Source of the DNA: an uncultured Albidiferax sp.
GTDB taxonomy: Bacteria > Pseudomonadota > Gammaproteobacteria > Burkholderiales > Burkholderiaceae_C
Assembly (NCBI GenBank): GCA_963513025.1
Contig: CAUPON010000021.1
Span: 6,487 to 70,486, forward strand
Direction of reading: 5' to 3'
Length of the DNA: 64,000 nucleotides
Position numbers and translations under genes: made by a program. Position 1 is the first letter of the stretch; each line of letters opens with the position of its first letter. The notes below the pieces were generated by a model. It ran no database searches and was not told the origin of the DNA. It worked only from the letters and a program-made list of their open reading frames with translations. Shown here in pieces: positions 48,719 to 59,354 of this stretch.

Positions 48719-49036
48719 TTACACCTGCATGTTCATGATGTCGCTGTACGCCTGCACCATGCGGTTGCGCACATGCAACGTGGCCTGGAAGCCGATTTGC
48801 GCTTTCTGGATTGCCACCATGGTCTCTTCCAAGCTGACGTTCGGGTTTTCCATCTGCACTTCTTTTTGCAGCTGGGTGGCGTTGTTCTGCGCCGCGCTGA
48901 CCTCGGTGAGTGCGCCTTTCAGCGCGCCTGCAAAGCCTGCACTTTTGGTGTCTGGCGTGGCTGCAGGGCCGATGCGCGAAGTGGCCCCTGTGCGGCTGGG
49001 CAGGCTGGGAGAAATGGGTGACAAGCGGAGATCCAT
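48719..49036 (-). CDS. fliE: Hook-basal body protein
   Basis: LEETMVAIQKAQIGFQATLHVRNRMVQAYSDIMNMQV; start re-called to ATG 49036. Confidence 0.95.
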   Translation of the reverse strand: MDLRLSPISPSLPSRTGATSRIGPAATPDTKSAGFAGALKGALTEVSAAQNNATQLQKEVQMENPNVSLEETMVAIQKAQIGFQATLHVRNRMVQAYSDIMNMQV

Positions 49037-49121
49037 GGTGGTTCCTCCTGGTGATGGATGCAATGCCTGGATCGTAGCGACACCGACGCTGTAGCATTGC
49101 GGGGAAATGGTTGCCAAATCC

Positions 49122-49163
49122 CCAGCTTATTGGGTCGATGGATTGGCGGCCAGCCCGAATAAT
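49122..49163 (+). promoter_or_regulatory. Class-2-like promoter of fliF
   Basis: CCAGCTTATT-N26-AATAAT. Confidence 0.6.
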
Positions 49164-49209
49164 CTGCATTGTCCGTGGAGCAAGCTCGCGCCATACCGAT
49201 CCGGAAAGC

Positions 49210-50943
49210 ATGATGTCTGCAGTCGCCGAAATACCCGTTAGTTCACCGTTGACGCAAAGGCTGGCCAATTTGGACCGCCCGCAGCGCATGCGCTTGGGCG
49301 CGGGTGTTGCCTTGCTGGTGGTAGTGGTGATTGCGGCCCTCGTACTGGGGCGGCAACCCGACTACAAGGTGCTATACACCAACCTGGCGGACAAAGACGG
49401 CGGGGCCATCGTGGCGCAGCTGTCGCAAATGAATGTTCCCTACAAGTACACCGAGGGTGGTGGTGCCATCCTTGTGCCTACCGACCGGGTGCACGACACC
49501 CGGTTGCGTCTGGCGTCGCTGGGTTTGCCTAAGGGCTCGGTTTCCGGATTCGAGTTGATGGAAGCCAATCGTTTCGGGATGACTCAGTTCCAGGAGCGCT
49601 TGGCGTTTCAGCGCGGGCTCGAGGGTGAGCTGACCCGCTCTATACAGGCTTTGTCTTCGGTTTCCAGTGCCCGCGTGCACTTGGCGCTGCCCAACCAGAA
49701 TGGGTTCTTCAGGGAGCAGCAAAAGCCTTCGGCATCCATTTTGGTGAGCCTGCATCCCGGCCAGTCGCTGGACCGTACCCAGTTGGCGGGCATCGTGCAT
49801 CTGGTGGCGTCGAGCGTGCCAGAGATGCAGCCCAGTGCCGTGAGTGTGTTGGATGACACAGGCAAGCTGCTGTCTCAGTCGCCCGATAGCACTACCGGTG
49901 GCGCCGATGCAGAGCAACTGCAGTATGTGCAGCGCATAGAACAGCAATACAGCCGCCGCATTCTGGACATGCTGGAGCCCATTGTGGGGCGGCAGAATGT
50001 GAAGGCCCAAGTGACTGCGGAAGTTGATTTTTCGCAGACCGAGTCGACTGCCGAGATGCACAAGCCCAATCTGGCCAATGACGCAAGCGCGGTGCGGAGC
50101 CAGCAGGTAGTGGAAAGCAGCGGCAACGCGGCCAACGCGGGGCCGAGCGGCGTTCCCGGTGCAACCTCCAACCAGCCGCCAGCCTCGGCAGCGGCACCCA
50201 TTAATGGGGCGGCCGTGCCTTTGACGGCCGGGGGTGCCAATGCAGCGGCAGGTGCCAATGGCGGCACCATGAAGCGAGAGTCTGTTACCAATTACGAGGT
50301 GGACAAGACGGTGCGGGTGGTGCGGGGTGGCTCCGGTGCCATCAAGCGATTGAGCGCCGCCGTGGTGGTGAACCACGCTACCACCGAGGATGACAAGGGT
50401 AAACCCGTAACCAAGGCTCTTAGCGAGCAGCAAATCGAACAGATGACTGCTCTGGTGCGGGAGTCTATTGGCTTTAACAAAGACCGTGGTGACTCTGTGA
50501 ACTTGATGAATGCGCCGTTTATGGTGCAGGCCCCTGTGGTGGACGACACTCCCCTCTGGAAGCAACCGCAGACGCTGGAGATAGCGCGTAGCCTGGCTTG
50601 GCCTGTGGGCACCCTGTTGCTTGCGGCCCTGGTTATTCTGGGCTTGGTGCGCCCTGGTTTGAAGGCTATGGCGACTCCCAAGGCAGCCCCGGCAGGCGGC
50701 CCCCTGGGTGGTGGCTTCGGGCCCGATGGCTCGCCTGCAATGGGATCTCTTGGCGGGCCATTGGATGCCTTGGTTGCCAACGATACGCAGCGGCCAACGA
50801 CATTTAACGAAGATGGTGTGCAGGTACTGGCACCCACCGAGCACCAGCTGCGGCTGGAGGATGCGAGAGAACTGGCCCGAACCAACTCTACGGCAGTCGC
50901 CAATATCGTGAAAAACTGGATCAACGGGGAGTCCGCAGGCTGA
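49210..50943 (+). CDS. fliF: MS-ring protein
   Basis: RALEGEL-like QRGLEGELTRSI, ARVHLALP, NYEVDK; start re-called to ATG 49210. Confidence 0.96.
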   Translation: MMSAVAEIPVSSPLTQRLANLDRPQRMRLGAGVALLVVVVIAALVLGRQPDYKVLYTNLADKDGGAIVAQLSQMNVPYKYTEGGGAILVPTDRVHDTRLRLASLGLPKGSVSGFELMEANRFGMTQFQERLAFQRGLEGELTRSIQALSSVSSARVHLALPNQNGFFREQQKPSASILVSLHPGQSLDRTQLAGIVHLVASSVPEMQPSAVSVLDDTGKLLSQSPDSTTGGADAEQLQYVQRIEQQYSRRILDMLEPIVGRQNVKAQVTAEVDFSQTESTAEMHKPNLANDASAVRSQQVVESSGNAANAGPSGVPGATSNQPPASAAAPINGAAVPLTAGGANAAAGANGGTMKRESVTNYEVDKTVRVVRGGSGAIKRLSAAVVVNHATTEDDKGKPVTKALSEQQIEQMTALVRESIGFNKDRGDSVNLMNAPFMVQAPVVDDTPLWKQPQTLEIARSLAWPVGTLLLAALVILGLVRPGLKAMATPKAAPAGGPLGGGFGPDGSPAMGSLGGPLDALVANDTQRPTTFNEDGVQVLAPTEHQLRLEDARELARTNSTAVANIVKNWINGESAG

Positions 50944-50967
50944 AAGGCCGGCGCATGAAAGAGCACC

Positions 50968-51963
50968 ATGGACGAACAAGGTCTCACCGACGCCGCTATT
51001 TTTCTGATGTCTCTGGGCGAAGAAGAGGCGGCCGAGGTTTTTAAGCATTTGTCGCCGAAAGAGGTGCAGAAGCTGGGTGAAACGATTGCCAAGACCAAGG
51101 TAGTGACGCGGGACAAGGTTGACCAAGTGTTGGTGCGGTTCACAAGCGCAGCCGCAGCCCAAAGCTTGCTGGTCACCGATACCGCCGACTATGTCAAGGC
51201 GGTGCTGCGGCGCGCGCTGGGGGATGACAAGGCATCGCTGCTAATTGACCGCATTTTGCTGGGCGGTGATGTATCGGGGATTGAAAGCCTGAAGTGGATG
51301 GACCCGCTGTCTGTCGCCGAGCTGCTGCGCAATGAGCACCCCCAAATCGTTGCGGCTATCCTGGTACATCTGGACTACGAGCAGGCGGCGGCGGTGCTGA
51401 AGCAATTGACTGAACGTCAGCGTAACGAGGTGCTGCTACGGGTGGCCACCTTGGAGGGTATTCAGCCTACTGCGTTGAAGGATTTGAATGAGGTTTTGTT
51501 CAAAGTCCTGGCGGGTGGCGACAAGATCCGCAAGACCTCCCTGGGTGGTGTCAAGGCGGCGGCCGAAATCATCAACTTGTTGGGCGCCAATATCGAAGGC
51601 ACGGTCATCGAGTCGATCAAAGGCTTCGACTCGGACTTGGCGCAGAAGATTGTCGACAAGATGTTTGTCTTTGACGACGTCATCAGGCTGGATAACAAGT
51701 CGATCCAATTGGTGCTGAAAGAAGTGGCATCGGAGACCTTGATCGTGGCCTTGAAGGGTGCGGGCCCGGAGTTGAAGGAGAAAATCTTGGCCAATATGTC
51801 GTCCCGCGCGGCAGAAACGATGCGCGAAGATCTTGAATCCCGTGGCCCGATGCGCTTGTCAGAAGTCGAGACCCAGCAGAAGGAAGTGCTCAAAATAGTG
51901 CGTCGCCTAGTGGACGAAGGACAGGTTGTATTGGGAACTGGTGGCGATGACAGCTTCGTCTAA
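50968..51963 (+). CDS. fliG: Motor switch protein
   Basis: AAIFLMSLGEE, EHPQIVA, NMSSRAA, GPMRLSEVETQQ. Confidence 0.97.
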   Translation: MDEQGLTDAAIFLMSLGEEEAAEVFKHLSPKEVQKLGETIAKTKVVTRDKVDQVLVRFTSAAAAQSLLVTDTADYVKAVLRRALGDDKASLLIDRILLGGDVSGIESLKWMDPLSVAELLRNEHPQIVAAILVHLDYEQAAAVLKQLTERQRNEVLLRVATLEGIQPTALKDLNEVLFKVLAGGDKIRKTSLGGVKAAAEIINLLGANIEGTVIESIKGFDSDLAQKIVDKMFVFDDVIRLDNKSIQLVLKEVASETLIVALKGAGPELKEKILANMSSRAAETMREDLESRGPMRLSEVETQQKEVLKIVRRLVDEGQVVLGTGGDDSFV

Positions 51964-52654
51964 AGCCCGGACCCACTCCCGCTTCATTCGCAGTGAAGAA
52001 TTGGGTGTTGTATCGGAGTGGCAGTTTGGTTCCGTAGGCCCTCCGGCCTTGGTGGTAGACCAGCTTCCGGAGCCAGAACCAGAGCCGGAAGAGCCCGAGC
52101 AGGTTCGGCTGGACCGGGCCTGGGAAGATGGCCATGCAGCCGGGTATGCGCATGGCCATACCGAGGCGATGAACGAGGGAAACCAGCGTTTGGATGCGTT
52201 CGTACAGGGGCAGGGCGTGGAGACGGCGCGCGCGCTGGCACAAATATTGTCTGGCATGCAGGAACGGTTGACCCAGGCTGAACAGGGTATTGCGCAGCAG
52301 GTACTGGCGCTTGCATGCAGCTTGGCGCGCCAAGTGGTGCGGCGTGAGCTTGCCATCGATGAGTCCGCCTTGGAGCCGGTGATTCGAGAGGCGCTCGGTA
52401 TGCTGGTCATGGACGGCAAGCGAGCAATCATCAAATTGCATCCCTTGGACCTGGAGGTGCTGCGCGAACCATTGCAAGAAGCGTTTCCTTCTCCGACATT
52501 GACTTGGCTGGCCGATGAGGCGGTTGAGCGCGGGGGGTGTTTGGTGGAGTCTGGCGGTACGGTCATCGACGGGACCTTGTCTAAGCGTTGGGAGCGTGCG
52601 GTCGCCAATTTGGGGATGACATCGGCCTGGACGGATGTTGACGATGGAGCCTGA
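51947..52654 (+). CDS. fliH: Export ATPase regulator
   Basis: GxxxG repeats ([11 protein letters not shown]), [10 protein letters not shown]; start re-called to ATG 51947. Confidence 0.9.
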   Translation: MTASSKARTHSRFIRSEELGVVSEWQFGSVGPPALVVDQLPEPEPEPEEPEQVRLDRAWEDGHAAGYAHGHTEAMNEGNQRLDAFVQGQGVETARALAQILSGMQERLTQAEQGIAQQVLALACSLARQVVRRELAIDESALEPVIREALGMLVMDGKRAIIKLHPLDLEVLREPLQEAFPSPTLTWLADEAVERGGCLVESGGTVIDGTLSKRWERAVANLGMTSAWTDVDDGA

Positions 52655-54056
52655 AGGCCTGCCACTGTGGTCACGCTTTATGGCGGATGCGCAGCAGCGC
52701 GTCGACAGTGGAAGCCCCTTGGAGGTGCGAGGCACGTTGACCCGTTTGGCCGGCTTGGTGTTGGAGGCGGTTGGTATCCGTAGTCCAGTGGGGTCGCAAT
52801 GCAACGTTTCCATGGAGGGTGGCCCCTCCGTATTGGTTGAGGTGGTGGGTTTTTCGAATGACCGTGCTTACCTGATGCCCGCTGGTGATGTGCATGGCCT
52901 GCGCAGTGGGGCCAGCGTGGTGCCTGCAGCGCCGTACATCGCGGTACCCCGGTTGGGGGATACGCAGCGCGAAAGAGTCGCGACGGCAGGTGTACTGCGT
53001 TTGCCACTGGGAGACGGTTTGCTGGGGCGTGTGGTAGACGCCCAAGGCCTACCTTTGGACCACGGTGGTCCGATACAAGATGTGATCGCCGTGCCTTTGG
53101 ATCGCCAGCCGATCAATGCCATGGACCGTGACCCGGTGCGTGAGCCGCTGGATACCGGGGTGCGTGCGATCAATGCCATGTTGACTGTAGGCCGGGGACA
53201 GCGGATTGGTTTGTTTGCCGGCTCTGGGGTGGGAAAGAGCGTCTTGCTGGGCATGATGGCCCGCTATACCAAGGCGGACGTGATTGTGGTCGGCCTAATT
53301 GGCGAGCGGGGCCGGGAAGTCAAAGAGTTTGTAGAAGATATTTTGGGCGTGGATGGGCGCGCCCGTTCCGTGGTCGTGGCTGCGCCGGCCGATGCGCCAC
53401 CTTTGCTGCGTTTACAGGGGGCGGCTTATGCGACGGCTGTAGCTGAGTATTTCCGGGACAAGGGCCAGCATGTTTTGTTGCTGATGGATTCGTTGACCCG
53501 GTTTGCCATGGCGCAGCGTGAAATTGCTTTGGCGATTGGCGAACCTCCGGCTACCAAGGGCTATCCACCTTCGTGCTTCGCTAAGTTGCCACAGTTGGTG
53601 GAGCGCAGTGGCAATGGGTTGAACGGTGTGGGATCAATCACTGCCTTCTATACCGTGCTGTCGGAGGGGGATGACCAGCAAGACCCGATTGCCGATGCGG
53701 CCCGGGCGATTCTGGACGGACATATTGTGTTGTCGCGCTCCCTGGCCGAGGCCGGGCATTTCCCGGCAATCGACATAGAGCAATCGGCATCGCGGGTGAT
53801 GCACAACGTAGTGTCGCCGGCGCATTTCGAGATTGCCCGAAAGTTCCGGGTGATCAATTCGCGCTACCAGAAGGGCCGGGATCTGGTGCAAATCGGGGCT
53901 TACGCGAGCGGCTCGGACCCTGGGCTGGACGAAGCCATTCGTCTGAATGGTGGTATGACTGATTTTCTGCAGCAGGGTATGTATGTATCCGCCTCTCTGC
54001 AGCAGAGTTTGACCGATATGGAGCGGAGCATCACCAAAGCCCCAGGTAGCCGATGA
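52635..54056 (+). CDS. fliI: Flagellar export ATPase
   Basis: [40 protein letters not shown]; start 52635 or 52644. Confidence 0.97.
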   Translation: MLTMEPEGLPLWSRFMADAQQRVDSGSPLEVRGTLTRLAGLVLEAVGIRSPVGSQCNVSMEGGPSVLVEVVGFSNDRAYLMPAGDVHGLRSGASVVPAAPYIAVPRLGDTQRERVATAGVLRLPLGDGLLGRVVDAQGLPLDHGGPIQDVIAVPLDRQPINAMDRDPVREPLDTGVRAINAMLTVGRGQRIGLFAGSGVGKSVLLGMMARYTKADVIVVGLIGERGREVKEFVEDILGVDGRARSVVVAAPADAPPLLRLQGAAYATAVAEYFRDKGQHVLLLMDSLTRFAMAQREIALAIGEPPATKGYPPSCFAKLPQLVERSGNGLNGVGSITAFYTVLSEGDDQQDPIADAARAILDGHIVLSRSLAEAGHFPAIDIEQSASRVMHNVVSPAHFEIARKFRVINSRYQKGRDLVQIGAYASGSDPGLDEAIRLNGGMTDFLQQGMYVSASLQQSLTDMERSITKAPGSR

Positions 54057-54084
54057 GCGCACAAAAGCGTAAATTGGGGCCACT

Positions 54085-54552
54085 ATGACGCTTCTGAAAA
54101 CACTGGCGGTGGCGATTGATGTGGCGCATCTCAAGCGCGATGAGGCAAGCCGTGCATTAGGGCAGGCGCAGCAGAAGTACCTGGGTGCGAAGAACCAGTT
54201 GGAGCAGCTGGAAACTTACGCCACCGAAACCGAGGATCGCTGGATGGCGCAGGCACAGAACTGTGCATTGCCCGAAATGATGCGCCACCACTACCAGTTT
54301 ATGGAGCGTTTGGCGCAGGCGATCCATATGCAGCAGGGTATTTTGGCCGACCAGGCCCGATGGGTTGACGTTGCAAAAAAGCAATTGGCGGATGCAGAGA
54401 TACGGGTCGCCACATTGAAGCAAGTATGCCGAAACAAGCAGCTGGATGCGGACCGCCTGCAGAGTCGCCGTGAACAAAAGCAAATTGATGAGTTTGCGGC
54501 GTTACGGTTTGGAAAGTCAATAGACCAGCAATTTGGTGAGGGATTGTCATGA
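54085..54552 (+). CDS. fliJ: Export chaperone
   Basis: Coiled coil after fliI; YQFMERLAQAI, EQKQIDEFA. Confidence 0.9.
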   Translation: MTLLKTLAVAIDVAHLKRDEASRALGQAQQKYLGAKNQLEQLETYATETEDRWMAQAQNCALPEMMRHHYQFMERLAQAIHMQQGILADQARWVDVAKKQLADAEIRVATLKQVCRNKQLDADRLQSRREQKQIDEFAALRFGKSIDQQFGEGLS

Positions 54553-55793
54553 GTATCGAAAGTGTTCCACTTGCGCTGGTGCCAAAGGCTAGTGAGGTCC
54601 AGCAAGGCGTTGCCAGGTCCAAAGCAGATGGCGCAAACGGCGACAAGGAGCCGGATGCGTTTTCCAGCCTGCTCAATGGGCTGGATAAAGAGCCGGAAGC
54701 TTCTTCGGAAAAAGTTGGAGAGGCTTCATCGGACGAGGATTCCGAGGCCAAAGGATTGGCACGCAGGAAGGCGGCGGGCACCAGCAAACCGACGAAGGAT
54801 GCAGTGGTGCCTGACGCTACCTGGCTTGTTCCAGCCGTGCCGGTGGTGATGCCGACAACAGTGCCGCAAGCTGGGGCGAGTCAGTCGGAGACTTCAAATC
54901 TGGTTAGTGAGCTTGATGCGGTCGCCTCGGGTGTGGCAGATACGGGTAAGGGCGGTCCGCAATTGACGGCGCCGGATAGCCGAGCCCAGTCTGCCAATTT
55001 GGCGAACTACGCCTCGGTTTTTGAGCAGATTCAAAGTCGCTTGGCCGCCGGCAGTACAGCGGCGACAGATGCCGGGCAGGCAACGGCCAGCCTGGCGGAG
55101 GCAGGTAAAAAGGGGGCTGCTAAACCCGTGCTGGGTACCGCGGTCGCGGATGTCCGTGCGGATCGCATGGCTAGCTTGGCGGAGGGCGGTATGTGGGTGA
55201 TGCCGGTGAAGGAGCCTTCGGCAACCCAGTTGGCATCAGATGCCGCCGGCGCACAGAAGGCTACCGCCCTGGAAACCAAGGATGTTTCGGCGGTAAAAGG
55301 GGAGCGGGGTCATGAAGGCGGCATAGGACAGCATCAATTTACCCCCACGGTGCAATTCGACAGCACGGCCGTGGCGGTGGAAGCCTCCCAGATAGCTCCT
55401 GAAGCAGCCATTGCGGATCAGGTCAATTATTGGATATCCCAGGGCATCCAGAATGCGGAATTGACGTTCGATGGCGCTGGTGCGGAGCCTGTGCAGGTCA
55501 GCATTTCCCTGTCTGGCAATGAGGCCCATGTTGAGTTTCGCACGGACCAGTTGGAAACTCGGGAGCTATTGACCGGAGCTGCGGCCCATCTCAAGGATTT
55601 GCTGCAGCAAGAGGGCATGGTGCTTTCCGGTCTTTCTGTGGGCTCCTCGGGGGCTGGTGGTGCCGGGGCCCGTGAGCGTCGTGCGCCTTCCGAGGATAGG
55701 CAGAATGCTGCCCGCAATGTGTCGGAGGAACTGGCGGTTCGGGCGGTGGTACCTGCGCGCACTTCTGGGCGTGCCGTTGATTTGTTTGTATAG
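54549..55793 (+). CDS. fliK: Hook-length control protein
   Basis: Low-complexity N-terminus; AELTFD...VQVSISLSGNEAHVEF; ends AVDLFV. Confidence 0.88.
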   Translation: MSIESVPLALVPKASEVQQGVARSKADGANGDKEPDAFSSLLNGLDKEPEASSEKVGEASSDEDSEAKGLARRKAAGTSKPTKDAVVPDATWLVPAVPVVMPTTVPQAGASQSETSNLVSELDAVASGVADTGKGGPQLTAPDSRAQSANLANYASVFEQIQSRLAAGSTAATDAGQATASLAEAGKKGAAKPVLGTAVADVRADRMASLAEGGMWVMPVKEPSATQLASDAAGAQKATALETKDVSAVKGERGHEGGIGQHQFTPTVQFDSTAVAVEASQIAPEAAIADQVNYWISQGIQNAELTFDGAGAEPVQVSISLSGNEAHVEFRTDQLETRELLTGAAAHLKDLLQQEGMVLSGLSVGSSGAGGAGARERRAPSEDRQNAARNVSEELAVRAVVPARTSGRAVDLFV

Positions 55794-55853
55794 CTGGGTG
55801 TGCCAGTAGTCCGTGCTCTTTTTTTCTGAGTGGTGTGAATGCGGCGGTTTCGT

Positions 55854-55895
55854 GCCGCTTATCTAGCTGCCGCTAAACTGGTTTGGATAAATAAT
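55854..55895 (+). promoter_or_regulatory. Class-2-like promoter of fliL
   Basis: GCCGCTTATC-N26-AATAAT. Confidence 0.62.
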
Positions 55896-55962
55896 GCATC
55901 CATACTTGTTGAGTTGATGGCGAATGCGGGCCGTAAAAAGCCCTACCCCGGAAGGAATTATT

Positions 55963-56547
55963 GTGTCTGCACCTGCTGCCGCTGAAGCGTCCGCGCCCCC
56001 TAAGGCCAAGGGGAAAAAAATGATCGTCATTATTGTGGCGGTCATTTTGTTATTGGTACTCGCTGGTGGTGGGTGGTTTGTCTTTTTGCGTGCTCCAGCC
56101 TCGGAGGATGGAGAGGATGCCGCTCCTGCAGCCCATGCCGATGCCAAGCATATGGTGCCTCCCGTATTTCTTCCCATGGACAATATGGTCGTGAACTTGG
56201 CCGATCCTGGAGGGGAGAAGTTTGTGCAGATTGGTATCACCATTGGCGTGGTGGACCAGAAGACTTCAGATGCTGTGAAGGCGAATTTGCCGACCATTCG
56301 TAGTGGTGTTTTGCTATTGATTTCGCAGCACACGTCGGATGAACTACTGACCAAAGAAGGCAAAGAGAAGCTGGCGCGCGATATTTTGCGCGAGGTGTCG
56401 ACGCCTCTGGGTTACGAGGTGGAAGGGCACGAGGAAGAGCCTGCCGCAGATGCCCCACCCAAGAAGAAGAGCGCGGCTAAGAAGAAATCCGCTGCAGCCG
56501 CCAATCCGGTGCTGAGCATTCTGTTCTCCAGTTTCATCATCCAATGA
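55963..56547 (+). CDS. fliL: Basal body-associated protein
   Basis: Single TM segment; VVNLADP, ILFSSFIIQ; GTG start after GAAGGA. Confidence 0.92.
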   Translation: MSAPAAAEASAPPKAKGKKMIVIIVAVILLLVLAGGGWFVFLRAPASEDGEDAAPAAHADAKHMVPPVFLPMDNMVVNLADPGGEKFVQIGITIGVVDQKTSDAVKANLPTIRSGVLLLISQHTSDELLTKEGKEKLARDILREVSTPLGYEVEGHEEEPAADAPPKKKSAAKKKSAAAANPVLSILFSSFIIQ

Positions 56548-56569
56548 TGGGCCACCATGGAGTCGCTTC

Positions 56570-57577
56570 ATGAGTGAATCATTCTTATCGCAAGAAGAAG
56601 TTGATGCCCTTTTGGAGGGGGTCACTGGCGAAAGCCAAAAGGCGGCAGAGGAGGTTTTTGAGGCGGGTGAAATCCGCAACTACGATATCTCCAGCCAGGA
56701 GCGTATTGTCCGGGGCCGCATGCCGACCATGGAGGTCGTCAACGAGCGGTTTGCACGTAATTTCCGCATTGGTCTGTTTAACTTCATTCGCAGAAGCCCT
56801 GAAATCTCCGTTGGGACGGTTTCGGTACAGCGCTACAGCGCGTTCTTGCGGGAGCTCGCGGTTCCCACGAATTTCAACATCATGGCGATCCGCCCCTTGC
56901 GTGGCAGCGGTTTGATCGTTTGTGAGCCCTCTTTGGTGTTTGGGGTGATCGATACCTTGTATGGCGGTGTCGGAAAGTTCCAAACCCGCATCGAAGGGCG
57001 AGAGTTTTCCATGACAGAGCAGCGGGTGATCAATCGCCTGGTGGATGTCGTCTGTGCAGAGTACAAAAAAGCCTGGCATGGCATCTACCCCTTGGAGCTT
57101 GACTACCAGCGCTCGGAGATGCAGCCCCAGTTTGCCAATATTGCAACGCCGAGCGAAATCGTAGTTTCGACTGTGTTCCAGCTCGAAATTGGTGATATTG
57201 CCGGCGCAATCCATATTTGCATGCCGTATTCGACACTGGAGCCCATTCGGGACGTGTTGTATTCGTCCACTCAGGGTGATTCCGTGGAGGTGGACCGGCG
57301 CTGGATCACCTTGCTGAGCCGGGAGATACAGTCGGCTGAAGTTACGTTGGTAGCGGAGTTGGCCCAGGCGGAAGCCACGGTAGAGCAGCTCTTGAGCATG
57401 AAGCCAGGCGATTTCATCGAGCTGGAGCGGGAGCCTCGGATTCGGGCTTCTATCGGCGGCGTTCCGATATTTGAGTGTCAGTACGGAACGCACAATTCAA
57501 AGTATGCGATTCGTATTGAAGAGTGTTTGCGTGGCAGTGAAAGCAATTCCGCAGGAGATTTAAATGGCAACGGATAA
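56570..57577 (+). CDS. fliM: Motor switch protein
   Basis: FLSQEEVDALL, RGRMPTMEVVNERFAR. Confidence 0.97.
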   Translation: MSESFLSQEEVDALLEGVTGESQKAAEEVFEAGEIRNYDISSQERIVRGRMPTMEVVNERFARNFRIGLFNFIRRSPEISVGTVSVQRYSAFLRELAVPTNFNIMAIRPLRGSGLIVCEPSLVFGVIDTLYGGVGKFQTRIEGREFSMTEQRVINRLVDVVCAEYKKAWHGIYPLELDYQRSEMQPQFANIATPSEIVVSTVFQLEIGDIAGAIHICMPYSTLEPIRDVLYSSTQGDSVEVDRRWITLLSREIQSAEVTLVAELAQAEATVEQLLSMKPGDFIELEREPRIRASIGGVPIFECQYGTHNSKYAIRIEECLRGSESNSAGDLNGNG

Positions 57578-57983
57578 CAAGAACGACGAAGCTGAAGATC
57601 CGATGGCTGCCTGGGCCGAGGCCTTGGAGGAGCAAAAGGTTTCCGATGCCAAGGTGGACGATATCGGGCAGGGCGGTCCTCTGTTTGGCGGAAACGTGCA
57701 GGCTAAAGATGGAACCTCCCAAGACATCAATATGGTCTTGGATATTCCTGTAACTTTGTCGGTGGAGTTGGGTCGTACGAAGGTTCCTATCAAGTACATC
57801 TTGCAACTGGCGCAAGGTTCGGTGGTTGAGCTGGATGCGCTGGCGGGTGAACCCATGGACGTTTTGATCAATGGATATCTGATTGCCCAGGGGGAAGTCG
57901 TCGTGGTGAATGACAAGTTCGGCATCCGTTTGACCGACGTGGTCACGCCTTCCGAGCGCTTGAAGCGCTTGAGCAAAGGCTGA
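57564..57983 (+). CDS. fliN: Motor switch protein
   Basis: LDIPVTLSVELGRT, GEVVVVNDKFGIR. Confidence 0.97.
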   Translation: MATDNKNDEAEDPMAAWAEALEEQKVSDAKVDDIGQGGPLFGGNVQAKDGTSQDINMVLDIPVTLSVELGRTKVPIKYILQLAQGSVVELDALAGEPMDVLINGYLIAQGEVVVVNDKFGIRLTDVVTPSERLKRLSKG

Positions 57984-57989
57984 TAGCGC

Positions 57990-58313
57990 ATGATGAGCCA
58001 GACGTTGCTCGCGGTGGTGTTGTTCGTCATTGTTTTGGCGATGCTTCCTTTCGCAGTTAAATGGATACAGCGGCGTGCCCTGGGCGGTGCAAATGCAACA
58101 TTAAATGCTTCGCGCCTGGTGTCTGTTTTAGCGGTGGGTCCGCAACAACGGGTGGTGACGGTCGAGGTGGGGCCTGAGGGTGCTAGGGCTTGGCTGGTGC
58201 TGGGGGTTACCGGGCAAGCTATCACCTGCCTGCATACCGCTCCTGTGGGGGGGCAAGCTGTGACTTATGCTGCCGTGGCATCTGCTGTGCAGAGTGGGAC
58301 GGCGAATGTTTAA
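57990..58313 (+). CDS. fliO: Export gate chaperone
   Basis: N-terminal TM segment; [20 protein letters not shown]. Confidence 0.88.
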   Translation: MMSQTLLAVVLFVIVLAMLPFAVKWIQRRALGGANATLNASRLVSVLAVGPQQRVVTVEVGPEGARAWLVLGVTGQAITCLHTAPVGGQAVTYAAVASAVQSGTANV

Positions 58314-59055
58314 GTTGCGCGTGCGTACCTGGGGGCTTGCATTGGCGGGTCTTATTCATGCTCCTGTATTTGCCCAGGCTGCCGGCACTTTGCCGCTGTT
58401 GATTGGCGCCCCGGGTCAAGGGGTCAGCTATTCCGTGCCCATTCAGACGCTGCTGTTCTTTACCGCGCTCTCGTTCCTGCCGGCGGTGTTACTGATGATG
58501 ACGGGCTTTACCCGCATCGTGATCGTGCTGTCGTTGCTTCGCCAAGCTCTGGGAACCCAGTCTGCGCCTCCTAATCAAATCGTGATCGGCTTGTCGTTGT
58601 TCCTCACTTTTTTTGTAATGGGGCCAACGCTGGACCGCGTGTACACCGATGCTTACGTCCCCTACACGACCAATGCCTTGTCGTTCGAGCAGGCGCTGGA
58701 GAAAGGCGAGGCGCCTGTGCGCCAGTTCATGCTTAAGCAGACCCGCCAGTCGGACTTCGCCTTGTTTGCCAAGTTGGCCAAACTCGATGCAGGCGTCACG
58801 GCTGAAACGGCGCCCTTGCGGGTGCTCGTGCCTTCGTTTGTGACCAGCGAGCTGAAATCGGCTTTCCAGATCGGCTTCATGATCTTCATCCCATTCCTTG
58901 TGATTGATATTGTTGTCGCCAGTGTGCTGATGTCATTGGGCATGATGATGCTGTCTCCGGTTTTGGTTGCTTTACCTTTCAAGCTGATGCTGTTTGTGCT
59001 GGCGGATGGATGGAATTTGTTGATCGGCTCCTTGGCTGCCAGCTTTGTCCAGTAG
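58306..59055 (+). CDS. fliP: Export gate protein
   Basis: [42 protein letters not shown]; start re-called to ATG 58306. Confidence 0.96.
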   Translation: MFKLRVRTWGLALAGLIHAPVFAQAAGTLPLLIGAPGQGVSYSVPIQTLLFFTALSFLPAVLLMMTGFTRIVIVLSLLRQALGTQSAPPNQIVIGLSLFLTFFVMGPTLDRVYTDAYVPYTTNALSFEQALEKGEAPVRQFMLKQTRQSDFALFAKLAKLDAGVTAETAPLRVLVPSFVTSELKSAFQIGFMIFIPFLVIDIVVASVLMSLGMMMLSPVLVALPFKLMLFVLADGWNLLIGSLAASFVQ

Positions 59056-59070
59056 CAATAAGTAGATCGT

Positions 59071-59340
59071 ATGAACTCGCAAATGGTTCTCACCACAGGG
59101 CAGGAAGCCATGTGGTTGCTGCTGATGGTGTCGGCCCCGATTTTGGTGACTGTGCTGGTGGTGGGGCTGGTCGTTAGCATCTTCCAAGCCATCACGCAAA
59201 TTCATGAAGCCACGCTGTCCTTTGTGCCCAAGCTGATTGCCGCCGTATTGGTTTTTGCTATCGCCGGCCCGTGGATGCTCAGTACCTTGGTGGACTACAT
59301 CCGTCGCACCATCGAATCCATTCCTACCTTGGTGTTGTAG
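59071..59340 (+). CDS. fliQ: Export gate protein
   Basis: FQAITQIHEATLSFVPKL. Confidence 0.96.
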   Translation: MNSQMVLTTGQEAMWLLLMVSAPILVTVLVVGLVVSIFQAITQIHEATLSFVPKLIAAVLVFAIAGPWMLSTLVDYIRRTIESIPTLVL

Positions 59341-59354
59341 CGCAAGGCCTACCG

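Noticed and set aside
49372-51162. 596-aa minus-strand ORF
   Set aside because: Antisense shadow of fliF/fliG with no recognisable motifs; expected from codon bias in GC-rich DNA.
56410-56505. Lys/Ala-rich repeat in FliL (KKKSAAKKKSAAAA)
   Set aside because: A short in-frame low-complexity linker with no evidence of a separate function.
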